Counted from the first letter of the stretch, positions 8,963 to 17,044 are shown. The stretch: DNA of 24,779 bases from an uncultured virus (IMG/VR IMGVR_UViG_3300038443_001555) (IMGVR_UViG_3300038443_001555); one strand, 5' to 3'. The notes: generated by a model from the sequence alone, not told the origin. Made by a program: numbers and translations.

Positions 8963-8995
8963 TGCCGGGTCAGGATCCCACGCCCGGCATGTGGG
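8963..8995 (-). promoter_or_regulatory. H-type mRNA pseudoknot in the 5' leader (gene 32 operator-like)
   Basis: CCCAC-A-UGCCGGG-C-GUGGG-AUCCUGA-CCCGGCA: S1 5 bp, L1 single A, S2 7 bp, 7-nt loop, all Watson-Crick pairs. Confidence 0.8.
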
Positions 8996-9004
8996 TGAAG
9001 ATTC

Positions 9005-9033
9005 AGTATGGCAAACTTCTTGTGCTGTGTCAA
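9005..9033 (-). promoter_or_regulatory. sigma70-type promoter for the putative SSB gene
   Basis: TTGACA (9033-9028), 17 bp spacer, TGc-CATACT (9010-9005) with an extended -10 TG. Confidence 0.85.
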
Positions 9034-11967
9034 TTAATTCTTGAAAACATCGACACCAAGTTTTGCCAGCTCGTTGACGTCGAACGTGTACACGCCCGGC
9101 ACCTGCAGGCCGACGCCGGTGCCCTTCTTCACGAAGGCGCTGCTGTCCTGGATCGAGTGCGCGAAGCTCTCAGGGCTGGCAAACAGCGCCTCAAGGCCCG
9201 TCGAGCGGCAGTACATGCGGTAGCGGTGGTAGGCCGTGCGCACTGCGATCTCGACGCAGTCGCGCCCGCCCAGCGTCGTAAACGCATACTCGGAGCCGCG
9301 ACGCATCGCGTCGGGCCGCGTGGCCTCGACGTGGTGGCTCATGCTCGCGATCTCGGCCAACACCTTGACATACTCCGGCGTGGTCGCCGCATGCAAGTCG
9401 ACCAGGCGCGCGTAGGTGCCCTCTTCCATCTCGGCCATGATCCCGTCGAAGCGGTCGCCGAAGATGTCGGCCACCACCTTGCGCAGCTGGCGGAAGCCGA
9501 ACTTGGCCACCGTATGGTTGTAGACCGGGCGTTCCTTGGTGTTCTGCTTGTCCTGCAGCACCTCGGCCGACACGCCACCCTTCAGGTCCTCCTCGGACAG
9601 CATGAAGCGGCGCTTGGCGTCCAGGTACATCTCGTCGAACTCCTTGATGAACGCCTCGCCATTACCCTCGTTGAGGATGCTGGCGGCAAGGTACTGGCCG
9701 ACGATGCCGAGCAGGTGACGATTGCGCCAGAACGCCTGCCAGTGTGCGTGGTTCTTCAGGCCCTGGCTCTGCGGTGGGCGGGCCAAGGTGACCAGCACCA
9801 CGCGCTCCATCACCGCGGCTTCCTCCTCGGCCGCCTCGGCGATGAAGGCCATGGGCGCGGCCATCTGCGAGAACTGCAGCACGCGGTAGTCGTCCGACTC
9901 GCGTGAGCCGCCGCCGCGCGCCTGGTCACGCTGGTTGTACACGTCGCGGAACAGGCCCTTGAGCGCGTCGACCCGGGCCTTGACCATGACGTGCGGCTTG
10001 TACTCGTCGAGGATCAGCGGGATCGACGAAGAAGCCATCAAGTGCTGCAGCAGCGCGAAGTTGGTCGAGCCAGGAGAGAGCGGCCGCGGCTCGCCGCGCC
10101 AGTAGAACAGCGAAGCGATGCCGATGTTCTGCTCGGTCTTGCCCAAGCCCGCCGGGCCGTTGACGTGCAGCAGCGGGAACTTGCCGTAGTGCTTCTGGAA
10201 CAGCTGCTTCCAGAAGCAGGCCGTGTACCAGCCCAGCATCTTGCCCAGCACCTCGGGGCGCTGGCAAGAGAACAGGTGCTCAAGCGTATCGCCCAGCAGC
10301 TCGCGATTGTCCGGCGACTCGATCCACTCGGCCAGCGCCGGCGCGCCCGAGATATCGGTCTTGAACACGCCGCGCGGGTCTGGAAAGCCTGCAAACTTGA
10401 TCTTCAAACCGGTATCGGCGATTTCCGGCTCGAGCTTCACGCCGTGGTTGTCAGCCCAAACCATGAACGGCTCGCGCAGGCGCTCGTTCTCGTGGTGCGG
10501 AATGCTGATGATGTCGAGACCTTCGCGCGTCACGACGTAGTTGATATTGCCTTTCTTTTTTGCCTGTTCGACGAAGCGCATCATGACCGTCCTGACCTGG
10601 GCATCGTTGCCTTGGAAGGCATGCCCGTATTTTGAAACGAACCTGTTAAAAGGGACCAGCCCGCTGAACATGTCGAGCTCGAGCGTCACGGCGCCCATCG
10701 GGCGGCCGTTGACCAGCACCTGGGCGTCGTAGCCGATGATCTGGTCGGTGTCACTCGAACGCAGCACAGTGGCCGTGTCGAACGATACCGCGCAAATGCG
10801 CTTCTTGCCGAACTCGCCGTCCATGTAGACACCATACTTCGACAAGGTCACGCCCTTGGCCACATCGCCATACTCGTCCTGCTCCGGGTCATCCACCTGC
10901 GTCGCCGCAATCTCGATCTCCTCCTTGATCTCTTCCTTCGTAGCAGCAATGCCGTCGAGGTCCGGCGCCGGGTGCGACAACAGGGTCTTGATGGCGCCGA
11001 CCGAGAACTCGTAGCACTGGTTGCCATCCATGTAGCGGTGCATGCGGCGCAGCTCGTTGGCGCGCCGCTCGGGCGTGCCGTAACGGGTGCTGTCGCTCTG
11101 GTGGTTGTTGATCAGGCCGTCGCACTCGACCACGAACCTGTCCTCCGACATGCCGGCCGCCACCGCGGCGATCGCCAGCTGCGTCGCAATCTCCTGAAAG
11201 CCAGTACCAGGCTTGATGCCCATGCCAGCCATCATCCACTGGATCGACGCGCACGACGCCTTCTCGCGCACGGCCGGATCGGGCTTGAAGCGCGCGCGCT
11301 TCTTGAGCAGGTCCTCAACCTTCTGCGCCGCCTTCGAAAATTCAATCGACAGCTTGACACAGAAAGCCGGGGCCTTCACCTCAACCGCATCGCGCGGTGC
11401 CGAAGTCAGCTCGACCGCAAGGTCGGGCGTCATCTCGCGCATCTCGCGCACCGTGATGGGCACCTTGTAGCGCCCGTTGGAACGCTTCACGTTGGGCGTG
11501 CGCCACATGCGGCCACGCCCGGCCGAATAGATCTTCAGGTCGAGCGTGTCGACGATCAGCGACAAGGCCATCTCGCGGTAGATCATCGGCAGACCGATCG
11601 TGCCGCCCTTGGGCACCTTGTCCATGAAGACCTGCTGCGGCACCTCGACGTGGTAGCCGCGGCCGCCCGTGGCAAACAGGCGGCACATCGACAGATCAAC
11701 GCCGAGGGCTTCCAGCTTGTCGAGATATTCGTTGACCTTGATGATGACCAAGGACTCGTCCTCGGAGTCGAAGTCGCTGTAGAACGGCCCGTCATAGGCC
11801 AGCTTCAGCTTCTCCTCGAACGAAAGGTCGGCGACCAGCTTGGACACCGACAGCACGGTCATGAAGACTGGGCGCAGATCCTTGAGGACCTGCTCGCGAT
11901 GGGATACCGGAACCGGCTGCCATTCCTCCTCGCCACCCTGGATTTGGTAGTAGTGAAAAGAGCTCAT
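9034..11967 (-). CDS. primase-helicase: N-terminal AEP primase-polymerase fused to a C-terminal P-loop helicase
   Basis: FYSDFDSED (DxD), ATGGRGYHV, DLKIYS..RMWRTPN; Walker A GPAGLGKT, Walker B LILDEYK, and an ER arginine-finger-like motif. Confidence 0.88.
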   Translation of the reverse strand: MSSFHYYQIQGGEEEWQPVPVSHREQVLKDLRPVFMTVLSVSKLVADLSFEEKLKLAYDGPFYSDFDSEDESLVIIKVNEYLDKLEALGVDLSMCRLFATGGRGYHVEVPQQVFMDKVPKGGTIGLPMIYREMALSLIVDTLDLKIYSAGRGRMWRTPNVKRSNGRYKVPITVREMREMTPDLAVELTSAPRDAVEVKAPAFCVKLSIEFSKAAQKVEDLLKKRARFKPDPAVREKASCASIQWMMAGMGIKPGTGFQEIATQLAIAAVAAGMSEDRFVVECDGLINNHQSDSTRYGTPERRANELRRMHRYMDGNQCYEFSVGAIKTLLSHPAPDLDGIAATKEEIKEEIEIAATQVDDPEQDEYGDVAKGVTLSKYGVYMDGEFGKKRICAVSFDTATVLRSSDTDQIIGYDAQVLVNGRPMGAVTLELDMFSGLVPFNRFVSKYGHAFQGNDAQVRTVMMRFVEQAKKKGNINYVVTREGLDIISIPHHENERLREPFMVWADNHGVKLEPEIADTGLKIKFAGFPDPRGVFKTDISGAPALAEWIESPDNRELLGDTLEHLFSCQRPEVLGKMLGWYTACFWKQLFQKHYGKFPLLHVNGPAGLGKTEQNIGIASLFYWRGEPRPLSPGSTNFALLQHLMASSSIPLILDEYKPHVMVKARVDALKGLFRDVYNQRDQARGGGSRESDDYRVLQFSQMAAPMAFIAEAAEEEAAVMERVVLVTLARPPQSQGLKNHAHWQAFWRNRHLLGIVGQYLAASILNEGNGEAFIKEFDEMYLDAKRRFMLSEEDLKGGVSAEVLQDKQNTKERPVYNHTVAKFGFRQLRKVVADIFGDRFDGIMAEMEEGTYARLVDLHAATTPEYVKVLAEIASMSHHVEATRPDAMRRGSEYAFTTLGGRDCVEIAVRTAYHRYRMYCRSTGLEALFASPESFAHSIQDSSAFVKKGTGVGLQVPGVYTFDVNELAKLGVDVFKN

Positions 11968-11974
11968 GCCGGCC

Positions 11975-12472
11975 TCACAGGGTAACGTTGGGCCACAGGT
12001 CGCGGAACTCCTTGGCAGTCGACAGCTGCACCTGGCCGGGTGCAGGCTGGCGCCCGGCCTCGGTGCGCACGCACATCGGCAAGGTCAAGCGCCAGGCGCT
12101 CTCCGGATCGCCGTGCACGAACGGGCAGAAGCGTGTCTCGGCGAACGGCGGGATCCAGGCGAACACGCCCGGCACAATCTCGCGCGGATGGAAGTTGACT
12201 TTCAATTTCTGCTTCGAGAGGGTGGCGGAAAGCTCGAGGGCAAGGCCGCCAGTGAACGTTGCCGAAACGTCCTCAACACGCAGCATATCGATAACCTGCG
12301 GCTGCCCGTTGGTTCCTAGGCGCCAGGCCACGAAGACCTTGCGGTCCCGCGCCTGCACGACCCGGGCGCCCGGGCCTGTGCTTTGCCACTTGGCGTTGCG
12401 CGCCATCAGGGCGTCGAGCCAGCGCGCCTCGAGGCTGAATCGCTCGGACTTGCTGTAGGAGACGTTCTCCAT
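11975..12472 (-). CDS. hypothetical phage protein (about 165 aa)
   Basis: ATG 12472 with AAAGGA SD; fills the gap between helicase and primase. Confidence 0.75.
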   Translation of the reverse strand: MENVSYSKSERFSLEARWLDALMARNAKWQSTGPGARVVQARDRKVFVAWRLGTNGQPQVIDMLRVEDVSATFTGGLALELSATLSKQKLKVNFHPREIVPGVFAWIPPFAETRFCPFVHGDPESAWRLTLPMCVRTEAGRQPAPGQVQLSTAKEFRDLWPNVTL

Positions 12473-12529
12473 TCTTATTCCTTTTCTGAGGTGAAACACG
12501 ACTTGAGGCGAGAATTCTACAACTATTTC

Positions 12530-13975
12530 CTACGGGAAAATCAGATTTTTGATGCCCTGCTTCGAGCCCGACGCGCGGTTGACCAGCTCATCGTTGGCGA
12601 AGAGGTTCTTCAGCAGCTGCTCCTGGATCGTGCCGCGCGCCACGAACAGGCGAATGTTCGGGTTGTAGCGCTGGCCCTTCCGGTCGATCCGGCCGGACGA
12701 CTGGATGAACGGGATGGTCGTGGTCGGGATCTGCACGAAGCCGCACTCCCAGCACAGGTACTGGGGGTTCAGGCCGGCACCGGCGCTGCCGGGTTGGGCC
12801 GTCAGGCAGACCGTATTCGGGTCTTCCATGAACTGCTTCACCGAGCGCTTCGAATCAACCTCCGAATACGCCAGTACGCCGCGCTTGCCGATCTCGGCAA
12901 GTCGTGCATCCATGTGCGCGCCGATCAGCCTAGACACGCTGCGGTGCGTGGTCCAGAGGATCAGCTTGCTGGCTGGCAGAGTTTGCTCGCCGATCAGGAT
13001 CTCGCCGCCAAGGTTGATCTCGTCGGCCACGCCGTCGACCAGGTCGAAAATCGCCGAACGCTTCGTCTCATCGCCAGCGAAGTAGCCGAAGTCCAGCACG
13101 ATCTGCTGGGCCGCGTGGTAAAGCCTTGTCGCGGTGGTGGCATCAATCTTGCTTCCGTCGTCCAGCAGCAGGAGCTGCTCTTCCATCAGGCGCTTGTACA
13201 GCGCCATGTGCTCCTTGCTCAGGTCGTAGTAGACCGGGATGTAGTTCGCCTTGGGCAGCGCGCTATGCACTTCCTCCTTCGTGCGGCGAATGCGGCGCAG
13301 GTCCAGATTCGCCTGCAGCACGTCAAGGTTGTGCCACACCTTCGGCTGCTTGAAGACGTCCCGCTCGGCAACGTGGATGTTTTCGAACTGGGCGTAGCTG
13401 GCATAGACCTCAGGCGAGTTCAGCTTCACGTAGCTATAGCCATCGCCGGGCTTGCTCATGATCGTGCCTGACATCATGATCAGGTCACGGCCGCCGGCCG
13501 TAAAGTTGCGCACGTTCTTGAAAAGCACGCCGCGACCCTTGAGCGCCTGCACCTCGTCGACTACGGTCAGCACCTCGCAGCGCAGCAGGTCCTTCGAGAG
13601 CCGGCCGATGTCGTTGTTGAAGACCTGGTACGACATGACCAGCCAGCGCGCGCCACGCACCGGCAACCCCTTGCGCGCCGCCGGCGACCCGGTATAGGCG
13701 ATCGCCTGGCCAGCGCCCGGGATGCTGTTGAGCCAGGCTACCCACTGGGCGATCAGGATGGGCGGCACCAGCACGATGGTCGTGTCAGGCTGCAGGATCA
13801 GCGAAACTGCAGTAGCCACCAAGGTCTTACCGTACCCAACCGGGAGATCCAGCAGTGCACGACGCCATACTGCAGCGCGCTCGATGTCTTCGCGTTGCAG
13901 AGGGTCGAGCGTCATGACACCGCCCAAGGGGTGCGGAAAAGGGTACTTCTCGATAACCTGATCCAGAGTCAGCAT
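12530..13975 (-). CDS. SNF2-family (SF2) helicase
   Basis: DLPVGYGKT, VLVPP, VVDEVQ, MSGT, GAGLN, QSSGRIDRKGQ. Confidence 0.92.
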   Translation of the reverse strand: MLTLDQVIEKYPFPHPLGGVMTLDPLQREDIERAAVWRRALLDLPVGYGKTLVATAVSLILQPDTTIVLVPPILIAQWVAWLNSIPGAGQAIAYTGSPAARKGLPVRGARWLVMSYQVFNNDIGRLSKDLLRCEVLTVVDEVQALKGRGVLFKNVRNFTAGGRDLIMMSGTIMSKPGDGYSYVKLNSPEVYASYAQFENIHVAERDVFKQPKVWHNLDVLQANLDLRRIRRTKEEVHSALPKANYIPVYYDLSKEHMALYKRLMEEQLLLLDDGSKIDATTATRLYHAAQQIVLDFGYFAGDETKRSAIFDLVDGVADEINLGGEILIGEQTLPASKLILWTTHRSVSRLIGAHMDARLAEIGKRGVLAYSEVDSKRSVKQFMEDPNTVCLTAQPGSAGAGLNPQYLCWECGFVQIPTTTIPFIQSSGRIDRKGQRYNPNIRLFVARGTIQEQLLKNLFANDELVNRASGSKQGIKNLIFP

Positions 13976-14667
13976 ACTTCCCTCCTTCGCCCAAACCGCA
14001 CCGCCTGCTCAGCCATGAATTTCTCGTTTAACTTTCTGCCCTTACGAAGATTGCACTTTACCGTCAGCAACTGGATATTGCTGTCAACATTCTTACCGCC
14101 GTTCACTAGGGCAAGAATATGGTCCATGTGGTAGCCGAATTTTCGAAGTGGCCGCTGACAGGGGCAGGCACATCGTCCTTGCTGCTTACCCCACAAGGTC
14201 TCTACTAGATCCGTGGAAAGCTCACCTTCGCTGGTCCCAGCCCGCGCGCGTCGGTTATGGGCATAGAGGCGCGTTTTCTCAGGCTTAGAACGCTTCCACT
14301 TTCGGCATGCTGCTGCATGCTGTTCCGAGTTCGCAGCCAACCAGGCAGCGTTTGTGGCCGCAGTCCGCTCCACATTTCGGGCGCGCCATGCCGTGATATT
14401 CGCTTTCTGCCGCTCAACGTTCGCCTCTAGCCACGCTTTTTGCGTGGCCCGGCGACGTTCACGGTTAGCCGCCACCCACGCCTGAGAAATCCTTCGCTCA
14501 CGCTCAGGATTGGCCGCGCGGCGACGTGCAGCCTTTTCCTTAAAACACGCTAGGCAGCCGCGACTTGAGACGTTACGCTCTGCCGTATGGCCGCGAGAAC
14601 ATGCCTCGCCGGTGAAGTACCTAGTGAGGCCTGCATCGCGAGCCTCAGACCAGCTAACCACCTGCAT
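13969..14667 (-). CDS. free-standing HNH homing endonuclease (232 aa)
   Basis: Start moved to 14667 (GGAGG SD). N-terminal YFTGEACSRGH...CLAC zinc module, Arg-rich helix, C-terminal CACPC...DHILALVNGGKNVDSNIQLL..CNLRK. Visibly more AT-rich than flanking genes. Confidence 0.9.
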   Translation of the reverse strand: MQVVSWSEARDAGLTRYFTGEACSRGHTAERNVSSRGCLACFKEKAARRRAANPERERRISQAWVAANRERRRATQKAWLEANVERQKANITAWRARNVERTAATNAAWLAANSEQHAAACRKWKRSKPEKTRLYAHNRRARAGTSEGELSTDLVETLWGKQQGRCACPCQRPLRKFGYHMDHILALVNGGKNVDSNIQLLTVKCNLRKGRKLNEKFMAEQAVRFGRRREVC

Positions 14668-15100
14668 GGTCAAGCCTCCTCTGTGCAAGCAGTCGCAGTA
14701 GTGGGTACGCCTGCTCAACGATCTGGCCCGACGCCGGCTGCTCGAGCTGGCGCGCGAATTCGCGCAGCGGCAGCAGGCCGGCCACATCGAGCAGCGGCTC
14801 GCCGCCAACGCACGCGCCGTAGCCTTGAGTGATCAGAATCGAGTACAGGCCGTTCTGCGCCGCATCGTAAGACAGCGGCGGTCGGTCCATCTCCATGGAC
14901 AGCCACAGCAGGTTGGCCAGGCCCGGGTTGCTGGCCGCGACCACACCGAAGCCCTGCGGCTTGCCGTCCGGCCGGGCCCAGATCCATGCCTGCGGGTTCG
15001 GCATCCAGTAGGGCCGGGCAAGGTGTTCGCACATGGCGCGCACCTTGCCCATCTCCGGGCTGTGATCCGGCTCAGGTCTGCTCTGGAAGAACAGCGGCAT
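14654..15100 (-). CDS. hypothetical protein (about 148 aa)
   Basis: Start MPLFFQ at 15100 overlaps the upstream stop (TGATG). Confidence 0.7.
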   Translation of the reverse strand: MPLFFQSRPEPDHSPEMGKVRAMCEHLARPYWMPNPQAWIWARPDGKPQGFGVVAASNPGLANLLWLSMEMDRPPLSYDAAQNGLYSILITQGYGACVGGEPLLDVAGLLPLREFARQLEQPASGQIVEQAYPLLRLLAQRRLDHAGG

Positions 15101-15306
15101 CACAGCCCCGCGAGCTTGCGCTCGAGGTCCAGGTCGCGCGCCGGCACTGGCGACCAGCCGATGTAGCGGGCATTGCTGCCGATCTGCGGACCCTTCCAAG
15201 GGCCTGTGGAGATCGAGCCGTCGCGCTCGAGCAGGATGAGGCGCTGGTTCAGCGGCGCCGGCTTGTTGTATTCGAAAGGCCAGTCGTGTTTGATGCAGTT
15301 CTTCAT
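15100..15306 (-). CDS. small hypothetical protein (68 aa), weakly DUF551-like
   Basis: ATGA overlap with the deaminase stop, GGAG SD; YIGWSPVP resembles the HWxPLP motif. Confidence 0.7.
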   Translation of the reverse strand: MKNCIKHDWPFEYNKPAPLNQRLILLERDGSISTGPWKGPQIGSNARYIGWSPVPARDLDLERKLAGL

Positions 15307-15638
15307 ACTTTCTCCGGTGGCGCGCCGATGGTCAGCGCTTTGATTCCCGCCTGTCCGAACAGGACTTCCTGACAGTTGCGGCAGGCGTAGGTGTGGTTCT
15401 CGACATAGGCGTGGCTGCCGCGCGCGGCGTCGCCGGCCAGCATCACGGCGACTTCCTCGGCGTGGCCGATCTGGCCGCACACGCTCTCGCACTTCTCGTA
15501 GCCCTCGCCGGGCAGGCGAGGGCAGGCGGGCTGCGGATGGGCGCACCAGTTCTCGCCGACAAAGCGACTGCCCTCCGGCGTGATGATGGTGCAGCGCACC
15601 TGCAGCTTGGCGCAAGGGCCTAGGGTTCCGGCGGTCAT
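15303..15638 (-). CDS. dCMP/cytidine deaminase-family zinc protein (111 aa)
   Basis: CAKLQV..I...G....GEN, an extra Cys loop, GHAEE, ACRNC (PCxxC variant) and AGI tail. Confidence 0.85.
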   Translation of the reverse strand: MTAGTLGPCAKLQVRCTIITPEGSRFVGENWCAHPQPACPRLPGEGYEKCESVCGQIGHAEEVAVMLAGDAARGSHAYVENHTYACRNCQEVLFGQAGIKALTIGAPPEKV

Positions 15639-16630
15639 TCAGCGGCTCCCGTAGTACGCTTCGAGGAACGCTTTCGCTGCGTAGACATTGATTGCATTGC
15701 CCGCACCCCGCAGGAGAGCCACGCGGCCGGATACCCCATGAGCCAGAGGGAATGTGCCGGGTTCAACTGGCCGCCACTTTCCATCCCTGCAGAAGAGCCA
15801 GTCAGCATCTGCCCAGTAGCCGTTAGTCGGGCCGGGCCGTCCGTCACCGACCAGGACGCCATGGTCGGCAGATCCGTCCCGCGCAGCGTGTCCGCCGTCG
15901 GATCCGTGCCCTTCAGACCGTCCGCCGCGCGCGGCGTCGGCCAGCCCGCTAGGTTCCACGACACCACGTCCACCGTCTTGCGGCTGCTGTCGTTGTTCCC
16001 CGCCGCGTTGTTGCCGTTTTGCGCCGGCGTGCCCGCCATCGGCGTCGGCCAGCCCGCCAGATGCGCGGTCGGCGTCAGGTACGCTCCGTTCTGCCCAGGG
16101 CCGCCCTTGGGACCGTCGCCCGCCATAGGGGTCGGCCACCCAGTCAAGTTCGCCTGGCGCGGCAGCTGGTCGAGGCGCTCCGATCCGTCCGAGCGCGGCT
16201 TGATATCCGCTCCCGAGTCCTTCCAGTCGCGCGACGTTGGCGTCACCCAGCCAGTACGCACGGTCTCGGATGTGCGGGGCACCGACGCCCGCAGACGGAA
16301 ACGCGACCGCCGCGAGGGCGTATCCCAAGCCTTCCATGTCAGCTTGTACAAGGTCGATCCAAGGGTCGACAGCACGGCTTGCAACCTGCTCTCCAACGAC
16401 GACTGGAGGACGGCCGACGCGGATGAGGTGGTGGAAATGGGGCCATAAGTGCCGCTCGTCAGCAAACCCAGCTCCTTCGCCCGCCGCGGAGAAAGGCTGG
16501 CAAGGGCAGCTTCCAGTCCAGAGAGGCTCGGTGTCGGGGATGCCTGCGAGACGCAGTGCAAGTGGCCAGCCGCCGATGCCGGCGAAGAAATGGCATTGGG
16601 AAAATCCGGCAAGGTCTCCGGGTGTGACAT
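15635..16630 (-). CDS. C5 DNA methyltransferase beta-like polypeptide in the +1 frame (TRD-like repeats plus motif IX)
   Basis: AAGGAG SD 8 nt before ATG 16630; four GW(P/V)TP repeats; QLNPAHSLWLMGYPAAW matches motif IX; stop overlaps the deaminase ATG. Confidence 0.78.
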   Translation of the reverse strand: MSHPETLPDFPNAISSPASAAGHLHCVSQASPTPSLSGLEAALASLSPRRAKELGLLTSGTYGPISTTSSASAVLQSSLESRLQAVLSTLGSTLYKLTWKAWDTPSRRSRFRLRASVPRTSETVRTGWVTPTSRDWKDSGADIKPRSDGSERLDQLPRQANLTGWPTPMAGDGPKGGPGQNGAYLTPTAHLAGWPTPMAGTPAQNGNNAAGNNDSSRKTVDVVSWNLAGWPTPRAADGLKGTDPTADTLRGTDLPTMASWSVTDGPARLTATGQMLTGSSAGMESGGQLNPAHSLWLMGYPAAWLSCGVRAMQSMSTQRKRSSKRTTGAAE

Positions 16631-16739
16631 CTTCGATACTCCTTTCGTCGACCACGCCCGGCGCGATCAGGTTCTCTTGGATCAACTCTCGCAGCCAGGC
16701 AGCGGCCGCGGAGTCAAATTCGTTATAGTAGGCGGTCAT
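15639..16739 (-). CDS. C5 cytosine DNA methyltransferase, catalytic (alpha) polypeptide
   Basis: FFAGIGG (I), GSCPCQPFSAAG (IV), DERHLW (V), GEQV (VI), HIRDRAYW (VIII), LRGAGNAI (X). Confidence 0.93.
   Translation of the reverse strand: MTAYYNEFDSAAAAWLRELIQENLIAPGVVDERSIEDVTPGDLAGFSQCHFFAGIGGWPLALRLAGIPDTEPLWTGSCPCQPFSAAGEGAGFADERHLWPHFHHLIRVGRPPVVVGEQVASRAVDPWIDLVQADMEGLGYALAAVAFPSAGVGAPHIRDRAYWLGDANVARLEGLGSGYQAALGRIGAPRPAAAPGELDWVADPYGGRRSQGRPWAERSVPDADRASGGLADADGGHAGAKRQQRGGEQRQQPQDGGRGVVEPSGLADAARGGRSEGHGSDGGHAARDGSADHGVLVGDGRPGPTNGYWADADWLFCRDGKWRPVEPGTFPLAHGVSGRVALLRGAGNAINVYAAKAFLEAYYGSR
15932..16057. repeat. 18-nt direct repeat CGGCGTCGGCCAGCCCGC (15932-15949 and 16040-16057)
   Basis: Exact copies encode AGWPTP in the beta frame; degenerate copies lie near 16127-16141 and 16238-16252. 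Confidence 0.85.
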
Positions 16740-17044
16740 TTGAAGAGCGCCTCGGCTTTCGCTGCCTGCTCGGCGCGCACTGCGTTCAGGCGGTAGGCCT
16801 GCTCCGAGCTGACTGCGAAGAAGGCGTCAGCCTCCTCCTTCGTGTCGCACAGGGCGACGATGCTCTTGACCGCACAATAGGCGCCCTCGTCCTCGCCATG
16901 GCGATTTCTGCGATACACGCGCGAGCCAGAACGACGGACCACCTCACGAGGCGGCGAGCAAATGTGATCCCGCAGCAGCGGGGTCTCGCAGATCCACTGG
17001 CCAGGCGTGATTTCGGTCAGCGGCGTGACTTTGCGGACAGTCAT
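16736..17044 (-). CDS. hypothetical protein (102 aa)
   Basis: ATGA overlaps on both sides; GGAGG SD. Confidence 0.75.
   Translation of the reverse strand: MTVRKVTPLTEITPGQWICETPLLRDHICSPPREVVRRSGSRVYRRNRHGEDEGAYCAVKSIVALCDTKEEADAFFAVSSEQAYRLNAVRAEQAAKAEALFK

Noticed and set aside
8938..9036. Primase stop is in frame with the downstream ORF, suggesting pseudoknot-stimulated readthrough or a TTG start at 9033
   Set aside because: The TTG is the -35 hexamer. The pseudoknot begins 38 nt after the TAA, far from the roughly 8-nt spacing of readthrough signals, and ATG 8937 has its own SD.
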